Assembly (NCBI GenBank): GCA_964016885.1
Contig: OZ024740.1
Coordinates: 3,906,001-3,970,000, forward strand
Length of the DNA stretch: 64,000 nt
Direction of reading: 5' to 3'
DNA from: Eledone cirrhosa
Taxonomy: Eukaryota
Shown one piece after another: positions 53,325-64,000 of this stretch (its first letter is position 1; the number at the start of each line of letters is the position of its first letter). The translations under genes and the position numbers were made by a program. The notes under the pieces are model-generated. The model did not search any database and was not told where the DNA came from. It was given only the letters and a program-made list of their open reading frames with translations.

Positions 53325-53570
53325 TGATCAGCGGAACAGCCCGCTCATGAAATTAACATGTAAGTGGTTGAGCATTCCATAGACACGTGTAACCATAACA
53401 TAGTTCTCAGGGAGATTCGGTGTGACATTGAACATAACAAAGGTAGCCCTTTGAACTACAGATACAACTCACTTTTGCCAGCTGAGTGGACTGGAGCAAC
53501 GTGAAAATTAAAGTGTCTTGCTCAAGGACCAAACAATTGTGAGCCCCTAACCACAAAGCCACAAACCTCA
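53325..53570 (-). mobile_element. CORE-type SINE resembling a common octopus family
   Basis: The reverse complement contains ccttgagcaagacacttt..tttcacgttgctccagtccactcagctggcaaaa. Confidence 0.72.
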
Positions 53571-53676
53571 TGTGAGTTATATTATATGGATAAAACAATA
53601 GATATTATGTAAGATGAGAGGAGACAGTCGTTGGTTGTCTGAGTAGAGAACAGAAGACATTTACCTATCACAGACA

Positions 53677-55063
53677 ATACCACCTCACACTACCACCCCA
53701 CACTACCACCTCACACTACCACCTCACACTACCACCTCACACTACCACCCCACACTACCACCCCACACTACCACCTCACACTACCACCTCACACTACCAC
53801 CCCACACTACCACCCCACACTACCACCTCACACTACCACCCCACACAGCCACCCACACTACCACCCCACACTACCACCTCACACTACCACCCCACACAGC
53901 CACCCACACTACCACCCCACACTACCACCTCACACTACCACCCCACACAGCCACCCACACTACCACCCCACACTACCACCCCACACTACCACCTAACACT
54001 ACCACCCCACACTACCACCTCACACTACCACCAACACTACCACCACACAAAGCCACCCACACTACCACCTCACACTACCACCCCACCCTACCACCTCACA
54101 CTACCACCCCACACTACCACCTAACACTACCACCTCACACTACCACCTCACACTACCACCTAACACTAGCACCCCACACTACCACCTCACACTACCACCT
54201 CACACTGCCACCCACACTGCCACCCACTATACCACCCCATACTACCACCCACACTACCACCCACACTACCACCTAACACTAGCACCCCACACTACCACCT
54301 CACACTACCACCCCACACAGCCACCCACACTACCACCTAACACTACCACCTCACACTACCACCTCACACTACCACCTCACACTACCACCCCACACTACCA
54401 CCCCACACTGCCACCCACACTACCACCTCACACTACCACCCCACACTGCCACCCACACTAAAACCCACACTACCACCCCACACTACCACCAACACTACCA
54501 CCCCACACTACCACCCACACTACCACCTAACACTACCACCCCACACTACCACCCCACACTACCACCTCACATTACCACCCCACACTACCACCTCACACTA
54601 CCACCCCACACTACCACCCCACACTACCACCCACACTACCACCTAACACTAGCACCCCACACTACCACCTCACACTACCACCTCACACTGCCACCCACAC
54701 TGCCACCCACTATACCACCCCATACTACCACCCCACACTACCACCCACACTACCACCTCACACTACCACCCCACACTGACACCCAAACTACCACCCACAG
54801 TACCACCCCACACTACCCCACCTGGCACTACCACCCACACTACCACCACACATTACCACATCACACTACCCCACCTGGCACTACCACCTCACACTACCCC
54901 ACCCACACTACCACCTCACACTACCACCTCACACTACCCCTCACTCCACCCCACCTCACACTACCACCTCACTCCACCCACCTCACACTACCCCTCACTC
55001 CACCCCACATCACTCCACCCACCTCACACTACCACCTCACTCCACCCCACCTCACACTGCACC
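53677..55063. repeat. 12/13-bp minisatellite CACACTACCACC(T/C)
   Basis: Directly visible tandem array of about 100 units that degenerates at the 3' end. Confidence 0.96.
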
Positions 55064-55224
55064 TCCTCTTCCCATACCCTGTTGTCACTGCTGGAATACT
55101 ACCTATGACAGAGAGAGAGAGTGAGAGAGAGGCAGATAGAGGGAGAAAGAGAGAGTGAGAGAGTATAATCTGGTAAATGAGGCCAGAGAAGACCAGACTG
55201 TTGAGTGACAGAAATAGGAATAAC

Positions 55225-58200
55225 TGTGTGTGTGTGTAGGTCTGTTTGTGTGTGTGTGTGTAGGTCTGTTTGTGTGTGTGTGTAGGTCTGTTTGTGTGTG
55301 TGTGTGTAGGTCTGTTTGTGTGTGTGTGTGTAGGTCTGTTTGTGTGTGTAGGTCTGTTTGTGTGTATGTTTGTGTAGTTCTGTTTGTGTGTGTGTGTGTA
55401 GGTCTGTTTGTGTGTGTGTGTGTAGGTCTGTTTGAGTGTATGTGTGTAGGTCTGTTTGTGTGTGTAGGTCTGTTTGTGTGTATGTTTGTGTAGTTCTGTT
55501 TGTGTGTGTGTTTGTAGGTCTGTTTGTGTGTGTGTGTGTAGGTCTGTTTGTGTGTGTGTGTTTGTAAGTCTGTTTGTGTGTGTGTTTGTAGGTCTGTTTG
55601 TGTGTGTGTGTGTGTGTGTAGGTCTGTTTGTGTGTGTTTGTAGGTCTGTTTGTGTGTGTGTGTGTAGGTCTGTTTGTGTGAGTGTTTGTAGGTCTGTTTG
55701 TGTGTTTGTAGGTCTGTTTGTGTGTGTGTAGGTCTGTTTGTGTGTGTGTGTAGTTCTGTTTGTGTGTGTGTGTGTAGGTCTGTTTGTGTCTTTGTAGGTC
55801 TGTTTGTGTGTGTGTGTAGGTCTGTTTGTGTGTTTGTAGATCTGTTTGTGTGTGTGTGTAGTTCTGTTTGTGTGTGTGTGTGTAGGTCTATTTGTGTGTT
55901 TGTAGGTCTGTTTGTGTGTGTGTGTAGTTCTGTTTGTGTGTGTGTAGGTTTGTTTGTGTGTGTGTGTGTGTGTAGGTCTGTTTGTGTGAGTGTTTGTAGG
56001 TCTGTTTGTGTGTTTGTAGGTCTGTTTGTGTGTGTGTAGGTCTGTTTGTGTGTGTGTGTAGTTCTGTTTGTGTGTGTGTGTGTAGGTCTGTTTGTGTCTT
56101 TGTAGGTCTGTTTGTGTGTGTGTGTAGGTCTGTTTGTGTGTTTGTAGATCTGTTTGTGTGTGTGTGTAGTTCTGTTTGTGTGTGTGTGTGTAGGTCTATT
56201 TGTGTGTTTGTAGGTCTGTTTGTGTGTGTGTGTAGTTCTGTTTGTGTGTGTGTAGGTTTGTTTGTGTGTGTGTGTGTTTGTAGGTCTGTTTGTGTGTGTG
56301 TGTTTGTAGGTCTGTTTGTGTGTGTGTTTGTAGGTCTGTTTGTGTGTGTGTGTAGGTCTGTTTGTGTGTATGTGTAGTTCTCTGTGTGTGTGTGTGTAGG
56401 TCTGTTTGTGTGTGTGTTTGTAGGTCTGTTTTTGTGTGTGTGTAGTTCTGTTTGTGTGTGTGAAGTTCTGTTTGTGTGTGTGTGTGTAGGTCTGTTTGTG
56501 TGTGTCTGTAGGTCTGTTTGTGTGTGTGTAGTTCTGTTTGTGTGTGTGGGTGTAGTTCTGTTTGTGTGTGTGTGTTTAGTTCTGTTTGTGTGTGTGTGTG
56601 TAGTTATGTTTGTATGTGTGTAGGTCTGTTTGGGTGTGTGTTTAATTGTGTTTGTGTGTATGTCTGTTTGTGTGTGTGTGTAGTTCTGTTTGTGTGTGTG
56701 AAGTTCTGTTTGTGTGTGTGTGTGTAGGTCTGTTTGTGTGTGTCTGTAGGTCTGTTTGTGTGTGTGTAGTTCTGTTTGTGTGTGTGTGTGTAGTTCTGTT
56801 TGTGTGTGTGTGTTTAGTTCTGTTTGTGTGTGTGTGTGTAGTTATGTTTGTATGTGTGTAGGTCTGTTTGGGTGTGTGTTTAATTGTGTTTGTGTGTATG
56901 TCTGTTTGTGTGTGTGTGTAGTTCTGTTTGTGTGTGTGAAGTTCTGTTTGTGTGTGTGTGTGTAGGTCTGTTTGTGTGTGTCTGTAGGTCTGTTTGTGTG
57001 TGTGTAGTTCTGTTTGTGTGTGTGTGTGTAGTTCTGTTTGTGTGTGTGTGTTTAGTTCTGTTTGTGTGTGTGTAGTTATGTTTGTATGTGTGTAGGTCTG
57101 TTTGGGTGTGTGTTTAATTGTGTTTGTGTGTATGTCTGTTTGTGTGTGTGTGTGTAGTTCTGTTTGTGTGTGTGTGTAGGTCTGTTTTTGTGTGTGTGTA
57201 GTTATGTTTGTGTTTGTGTGTAGTTCTGTTTGTGTGTGTGTGTGTGTAGTTCTGTGTGTGTGTGTGTAGGTCTGTGTGTGTGTTTAGTTCTGTTTGTGTG
57301 TGTGTATGACATTTTGTGTGTGTGTAGTTATGTTTGTGTGTGTGTGTAGTTATGTTTGTGTGTGTGTGTATTTCTGTTTGTGTGTGTGTAGTTCTCTGTG
57401 TGTGTGTGTGTAGGTCTGTGTGTGTGTGTAGTTCTGTTTGTGTGTCTGTATGTAGTTTTGTTTGTGTGTGTGTGTGTAGTTCTGTTTGTGCGTGTGTAGT
57501 TATGTTTGTGTGTGTGTGTAGGTCTGTTTGTGTGTGTCTGTAGGTCTGTGTGTGTGTATGTAGCTCTGTTTGTGTGTGTGTATGTAGGTCTGTTTGTGTG
57601 TGTGTGTAGGTCTGTTTGTGTGTGTGTGTAGTTCTGTTTGTGTGTGTGTGTGTAGGTCTGTTTGTGTGTGTGTTTGTAGGTCTGTTTGTGTGTGTGTGTA
57701 GTTCTGTTTGTGTGTGTGTAGGTTTGTTTGTGTGTGTGTGTGTTTGTAGGTCTGTTTGTGTGTGTGTGTTTGTAGGTCTGTTTGTGTGTGTGTTTGTAGG
57801 TCTGTTTGTGTGTGTGTGTAGGTCTGTTTGTGTGTATGTGTAGTTCTCTGTGTGTGTGTGTGTAGGTCTGTTTGTGTGTGTGTTTGTAGGTCTGTTTTTG
57901 TGTGTGTGTAGTTCTGTTTGTGTGTGTGAAGTTCTGTTTGTGTGTGTGTGTGTAGGTCTGTTTGTGTGTGTCTGTAGGTCTGTTTGTGTGTGTGTAGTTC
58001 TGTTTGTGTGTGTGGGTGTAGTTCTGTTTGTGTGTGTGTGTTTAGTTCTGTTTGTGTGTGTGTGTGTAGTTATGTTTGTATGTGTGTAGGTCTGTTTGGG
58101 TGTGTGTTTAATTGTGTTTGTGTGTATGTCTGTTTGTGTGTGTGTGTAGTTCTGTTTGTGTGTGTGAAGTTCTGTTTGTGTGTGTGTGTGTAGGTCTGTT

Positions 58201-61200
58201 TGTGTGTGTCTGTAGGTCTGTTTGTGTGTGTGTAGTTCTGTTTGTGTGTGTGTGTGTAGTTCTGTTTGTGTGTGTGTGTTTAGTTCTGTTTGTGTGTGTG
58301 TGTGTAGTTATGTTTGTATGTGTGTAGGTCTGTTTGGGTGTGTGTTTAATTGTGTTTGTGTGTATGTCTGTTTGTGTGTGTGTGTAGTTCTGTTTGTGTG
58401 TGTGAAGTTCTGTTTGTGTGTGTGTGTGTAGGTCTGTTTGTGTGTGTCTGTAGGTCTGTTTGTGTGTGTGTAGTTCTGTTTGTGTGTGTGTGTGTAGTTC
58501 TGTTTGTGTGTGTGTGTTTAGTTCTGTTTGTGTGTGTGTAGTTATGTTTGTATGTGTGTAGGTCTGTTTGGGTGTGTGTTTAATTGTGTTTGTGTGTATG
58601 TCTGTTTGTGTGTGTGTGTGTAGTTCTGTTTGTGTGTGTGTGTAGGTCTGTTTTTGTGTGTGTGTAGTTATGTTTGTGTTTGTGTGTAGTTCTGTTTGTG
58701 TGTGTGTGTGTGTAGTTCTGTGTGTGTGTGTGTAGGTCTGTGTGTGTGTTTAGTTCTGTTTGTGTGTGTGTATGACATTTTGTGTGTGTGTAGTTATGTT
58801 TGTGTGTGTGTGTAGTTATGTTTGTGTGTGTGTGTATTTCTGTTTGTGTGTGTGTAGTTCTCTGTGTGTGTGTGTGTAGGTCTGTGTGTGTGTGTAGTTC
58901 TGTTTGTGTGTCTGTATGTAGTTTTGTTTGTGTGTGTGTGTGTAGTTCTGTTTGTGCGTGTGTAGTTATGTTTGTGTGTGTGTGTAGGTCTGTTTGTGTG
59001 TGTCTGTAGGTCTGTGTGTGTGTATGTAGCTCTGTTTGTGTGTGTGTATGTAGGTCTGTTTGTGTGTGTGTGTAGGTCTGTTTGTGTGTGTGTATGTAGG
59101 TCTGTTTGTGTGTGTGTGTAGGTCTGTTTGTGTGTGTGTAGGTCTGTTTGTGTGTGTGTATGTAGGTCTGTTTGTGTGTGTGTGTAGGTTTGTTTGTGTG
59201 TGTGTGTAGGTCTGTTTGTATGTGTGTGTAGGTCTGTTTGTGTGTGTGTGTAGGTCTGTGTGTGTGTGTGTAGGTCTGTTTGTGTGTGTGTATGTAGGTC
59301 TGTTTGTGTGTGCGTGTAGGTCTGTTTGTGTGTGTATGTAGGTCTGTGTGTGTGTATGTAGCTCTGTTTGTGTGTGTGTATATAGGTTTGTTTGTGTGTG
59401 TGTGTAGGTCTGTTTGTGTGTGTATGTAGGTCTGTTTGTGTGTGTCTGTAAGTCTGTGTGTGTGTATGTAGCTCTGTTTGTGTGTGTGTATGTAGGTCTG
59501 TTTGTGTGTGTGTGTAGGTCTGTTTGTGTGTGTGTGTAGTTCTGTTTGTGTGTGTGTGTGTAGGTCTGTTTATGTGTGTGTGTAGGTCTGTTTGTGTGTG
59601 TGTGTCTGTAGGTGTGTGTGTGTGTATGTAGCTCTGTTTGTGTGTGTGTATGTAGGTCTGTTTGTGTGTGTGTGTAGGTCTGTTTGTGTGTGTATGTAGG
59701 TCTGTTTGTGTGTGTGTGTAGGTCTGTTTGTGTGTGTGTGTAGGTCTGTTTGTGTGTGTGTGTAGGTCTGTTTGTGTGTGTGTGTAGGTCTGTTTGTGTG
59801 TGTATGTAGGTCTGTTTGTGTGTGTGTGTAGGTCTGTTTGTGTGTGTGTGTAGGTCTGTTTGTGTGTGTATGTAGGTCTGTTTGTGTGTGTGTGTAGGTC
59901 TGTTTGTGTGTGTCTGTAGGTCTGTGTGTGTGTGTGTAGGTCTGTTTGTGTGTGTATGTAGGTCTGTGTGTGTGTGTGTAGGTCTGTGTGTGTGTATGTA
60001 GCTCTGTTTGTGTGTGTGTGTAGGACTGTTTGTGTGTGTATGTAGGTCTGTTTGTGTGTGTGTGTAGGACTGTTTGTGTGTGTATGTAGGTCTGTTTGTG
60101 TGTGTCTGTAGGTCTGTGTGTGTGTATGTAGCTCTGTTTGTGTGTGTGTATGTAGGTCTGTTTGTGTGTGTGTGTAGGTCTGTTTGTGTGTGTGTGTAGG
60201 TCTGTTTGTGTGTGTCTGTAGGTCTGTGTGTGTGTATGTAGCTCTGTTTGTGTGTGTGTATGTAGGTCTGTTTGTGTGTGTGTGTAGGTCTGTTTGTGTG
60301 TGTATGTAGGTCTGTTTGTGTGTGTCTGTAGGTCTGTGTGTGTGTATGTAGCTTTGTTTGTGTGTGTGTATGTAGGTCTGTTTGTGTGTGTGTGTAGGTC
60401 TGCTTGTGTGTGTGTGTAGTTCTGTTTGTGTGTGTGTGTGTAGGTCTGTTTGTGTGTGTGTGTAGGTCTGTTTGTGTGTGTGTTTGTAGGTCTGTTTGTG
60501 TGTGTGTGTAATTCTGTTTGTGTGTGTAGGTCTGTTTGTGTGTGTGTGTAGGTCTGTTTGCGTGTGTCTGTAGGTCTGTTTGTGTGTGTGTGTAGGTCTG
60601 TTTGTGTGTGTGTGTAGGTCTGTTTGTGTGTGTGTGTAGGTCTGTTTGTGTGTGTCTGTAGGTCTGTTTGTGTGTGTGTGTAGGTCTGTTTGTGTGTGTG
60701 TGTAGGTCTGTTTGTGTGTGTCTGTAGGTCTGTTTGTGTGTGTGTGTAGGTCTGTTTGTGTGTGTGTGTAGGTCTGTTTGTGTGTGTCTGTAGGTCTGTT
60801 TGTGTGTGTGTGTAGGTCTGTTTGTGTGTGTGTGTAGGTCTGTTTGTGTGTGTGTGTAGGTCTGTGTGTGTGTATGTAGCTCTGTTTGTGTGTGTGTGTG
60901 TGTAGGTCTGTTTGTGTGCGTATGTAGGTCTGTTTGTGTGTGTGTGTAGGTCTGTTTGTGTGTGTGTAGGTCTGTTTGTGTGTGTCTGTAGGTCTGTGTG
61001 TGTGTATGTAGCTCTGTTTGTGTGTGTGTGTGTGTGTAGGTCTGTTTGTGTGTGTATGTAGGTCTGTTTGTGTGTGTGTGTAGGTCTGTGTGTGTGTATG
61101 TAGGTCTGTTTGTGTGTGTGTGTAGGTCTGTTTGTGTGTGTGTGTAGGTCTGCTTGTGTGTGTCTGTAGGTCTGTGTGTGTGTATGTAGCTCTGTTTGTG

Positions 61201-61361
61201 TGTCTGTGTGTAGGTCTGTTTGTGTGTGTGTGTGTGTAGGTCTGTTTGTGTGTGTGTGTAGGTCTGTTTGTGTGTGTCTGTAGGTCTGTTTGTGTGTGTC
61301 TGTAGGTCTGTGTGTGTGTATGTGTAGGTCTGTGTGTGTGTATGTAGGTCTGTTTGTGTGT
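55225..61361. repeat. Interrupted (GT)n minisatellite, unit (TG)n-TAGGTCTGTT of about 16-26 bp, with higher-order duplications
   Basis: Directly visible. Identical ORF-track translations recur at offsets of 238, 308 and 1466 bp. Confidence 0.97.
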
Positions 61362-61442
61362 AAGTGGTGGAGGGAAGTATGTAATAAAACTATTTACAAT
61401 GGAGAGTCACAACAGAACCTTGACCTTGTAATAGTACCATAT

Positions 61443-63230
61443 GTTGTTGTTTGTGGTGTTGGTGGTGGTGTTGGTGGTGTGATGGTGGTGGTGATGGTGG
61501 ATGTTGTGGTGTTGGTGGTGGTGGTGGTCTTTTTGGTGTTGTTGTTGTTGGTGTTGTTGTTGTTGGTGGTGGTGTTGTTGTTGTTGTTGTTGGTGGTGGT
61601 GTTGGTGGTGTTGGTGGTGTTGTTGGTGGTGTTGTTGGTGGTGGTGTTGGTGGTGTTGGTGGTGTTGTTGGTGGTGTTGTTGGTGTTGTTGTTGGTGTTG
61701 TTGTTGGTGTTGTTGTTGTTGGTGTTGTTGTTGTTGGTGTTGTTGTTGGTGTTGTTGTTGTTGTTGGTGGTGTTGTTGGTGTTGTTGTTGTTGGTGTTGT
61801 TGGTGGTGTTGGTGTTGTTGTTGTTGGTGTTGTTGGTGTTGTTGTTGGTGGTGGTGTTGGTGCTGTTGTTGGTGGTGGTGGTGTTGGTGCTGTTGGTGTT
61901 GGTGTTGTTGTTGTTGGTGTTGTTGGTGTTGTTGTTGTTAGTGTTGTTGGTGTTGTTGTTGGTGGTGTTGGTGTTGTTGTTGTTGTTGTTGTTGGTGGTG
62001 GTGGTGTTGGTGGTGGTGTTGGTGCTGTTGGTGTTGTTGGTGGTGTTGGTGTTGTTGTTGGTGTTGTTGGTGTTGTTGTTGTTGGTGTTGTTGGTGTTGT
62101 TGTTGTTGGTGTTGTTGGTGTTGTTGTTGGTGGTGTTGGTGTTGTTGTTGTTGTTGGTGGTGTTGGTGTTGTTGGTGTTGTTGGTGTTGATGGTGTTGTT
62201 GGTGTTGTTGCTGTTGTTGTTGTTGGTGGTGGTGTTGGTGCTGTTGGTGTTGTTGGTGTTGTTGGTGGTGTTGTTGGTGTTGTTGGTGTTGTTGTTGTTG
62301 GTGGTGGTGTTGGTGCTGTTGGTGTTGTTGTTGTTGTTGGTGTTGTTGGTGTTGATGGTGTTGTTGGTGTTGTTGCTGTTGTTGTTGTTGGTGGTGGTGT
62401 TGGTGCTGTTGGTGTTGTTGGTGGTGTTGGTGTTGTTGGTGTTGTTGATGGTGTTGTTGGTGTTGTTGCTGTTGTTGTTGTTGGTGGTGGTGTTGGTGCT
62501 GTTGGTGTTGTTGTTGTTGTTGGTGTTGTTGGTGTTGATGGTGTTGTTGGTGTTGTTGCTGTTGTTGTTGTTGGTGGTGGTGTTGGTGCTGTTGGTGTTG
62601 TTGGTGGTGTTGGTGTTGTTGGTGTTGTTGGTGGTGTTGTTGGTGTTGTTGGTGTTGTTGTTGTTGTTGGTGTTGTTGGTGTTGATGGTGTTGTTGTTGG
62701 TTTGGGTGGTGATGGTGTTGTTGTTGTTGTTGGTGTTGGTGTTGATGGTGTTGTTGGTGTTGTTGGTGTTGTTGTTGTTGCTGGTGTCGTTGTTGGTGGT
62801 GGTGTTGGTGTTGTTGGTGTTGTTGTTGTTGTTGGTGTTGTTGGTGTTGATGGTGTTGTTGTTGGTTTGGGTGGTGTTGGTGTTGTTGTTGTTGTTGGTG
62901 TTGTTGGTGTTGATGGTGTTGTTGGTGTTGTTGGTGTTGTTGTTGTTGTTGCTGGTGTCGTTGTTGGTGTTGTTGTTGTTGGTGTTGTTGGTGTTGATGG
63001 TGTTGTTGTTGGTTTGGGTGGTGTTGGTGTTGTTGGTGTTGATGGTGTTGTTGTTGGTTTGGGTGGTGTTGTTGGTGGTGTTGTTGCTGTTGTTGGTGTT
63101 GTTGTTGGTGGTGTTGTTGGTGTTGTTGTTGTTGGTGGTGGTGTTGTTGTTGGTGTTATTGGTGTTGTTGTTGTTGTTGCTGGTGTCGTTGTTGGTGGTG
63201 GTGGTGTCATTTTTCTTGTTGTTATTGTTG
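61443..63230. repeat. Mixed (GTT/GGT)n trinucleotide repeat of 1.8 kb
   Basis: Directly visible; it produces long low-complexity open frames on both strands. Confidence 0.95.
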
Positions 63231-63332
63231 TTTAACCCATGGTCAGACCAAATCCAAGAGGCCTATCATCTAAGACATTCCAACTTTAATGACCCTATAG
63301 TCTTCTAGTTTGAGTGCAGACCAATGCCTGAA

Positions 63333-63425
63333 CACCAGTGTATTCTCTCTTGACCAATCACCAGGGTATTCTCTCTTGACCAATCACCAGTGTATTCTCT
63401 CTTGACCAATCACCAGGGTATTCTA
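63333..63425. repeat. 26-bp tandem repeat, about 3.5 copies
   Basis: caccag(t/g)gtattctctcttgaccaat starts at 63333, 63359 and 63385, with a partial copy at 63411. Confidence 0.92.
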
Positions 63426-63779
63426 TTTTCAATATGGTGTAGGAACTAGCATTGTATTTATCTCTATCTAGAACAACGTTGTTCTCACTGTTCTCTTCTT
63501 GCCTTTCTAGAGACATATAGACGTGAGTGTTTTGAGGGGTATTTGGTTGTTATTTCTAACTGAGCAAGTGACCACATAGAGGCACTCCAGTCGGTTCATT
63601 GTGATGTTGTTACAACTGAATATATGCTCACCCCTCTATTTTATGTCTGAGAAATGGGCAAATATCCAAATTTTATTTATGTAGAATTTGAAGTTCGGCA
63701 AAATTGTCAAAATATTGACCCCCAAATATAAGCCAAACTCCCTTCTACCATCTATATTCCTCCGCTTATATTTGGGTAT

Positions 63780-63930
63780 ATTCGGTAATTAAGAATTTTG
63801 TCTCACAATCAGGAGATCCCAAGTTCGATTCCACTGCATGTTATTTTGAGCAAGTATTTATTTTCCCTAGGCTCAGGTCAACATAAACCTTATCAGAGTA
63901 ATTGGATAGAAACTGTGAGGAGAGCTGATG
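63780..63930 (+). mobile_element. Degenerate tRNA/CORE-type SINE
   Basis: B-box aagttcgattcc followed by ttgagcaagta, similar to 44170-44288. Confidence 0.5.
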
Positions 63931-64000
63931 TGAAGAAGAAAATAGCCAAATTATCATGTAAAGAAAATACTGTTAGAACACTTTAGCCAACAACCAATCT

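Noticed and set aside
55230-59009. Cys/Val-rich ORFs resembling metallothionein or keratin-associated proteins
   Set aside because: They are translations of (GT)n repeats.
50384-63230. Telomeric or subtelomeric repeats
   Set aside because: The tracts are G/T-rich but contain no TTAGGG arrays, and their strand polarity alternates.

Overview
Repeat-dominated eukaryotic DNA with no supportable intact host gene. The SINE families suggest a mollusc, probably an octopod; this is recognition from memory, not a database result. Bases 1-37825 are one array of a 46/47-bp satellite (about 810 monomers) with internal dyad symmetry and irregular higher-order duplications, and all ORFs there are artefacts. 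Bases 37.8-53.6 kb are a transposon graveyard: CR1-clade LINE remnants (one with a 61-bp unit amplified six times), fragments of R4/Dong-like and RTE LINEs, a rearranged Penelope-like element with a GIY-YIG domain, tRNA-derived SINEs, TTAA MITEs and non-autonomous Helitron-like elements. Bases 50.4-51.7 kb and 53.7-63.2 kb are mini- and microsatellite arrays. The best find is a (TA)n-embedded element at 49095-49716. It carries two tandem minimal type I hammerhead ribozyme cores exactly 310 nt apart, a hairpin-rich monomer and a 151-bp fold-back end, making it a candidate retrozyme or Penelope pLTR that could yield a 310-nt circular RNA. Two further fold-back inserts lie nearby. A 14-bp motif is also shared by two otherwise unrelated satellite arrays.
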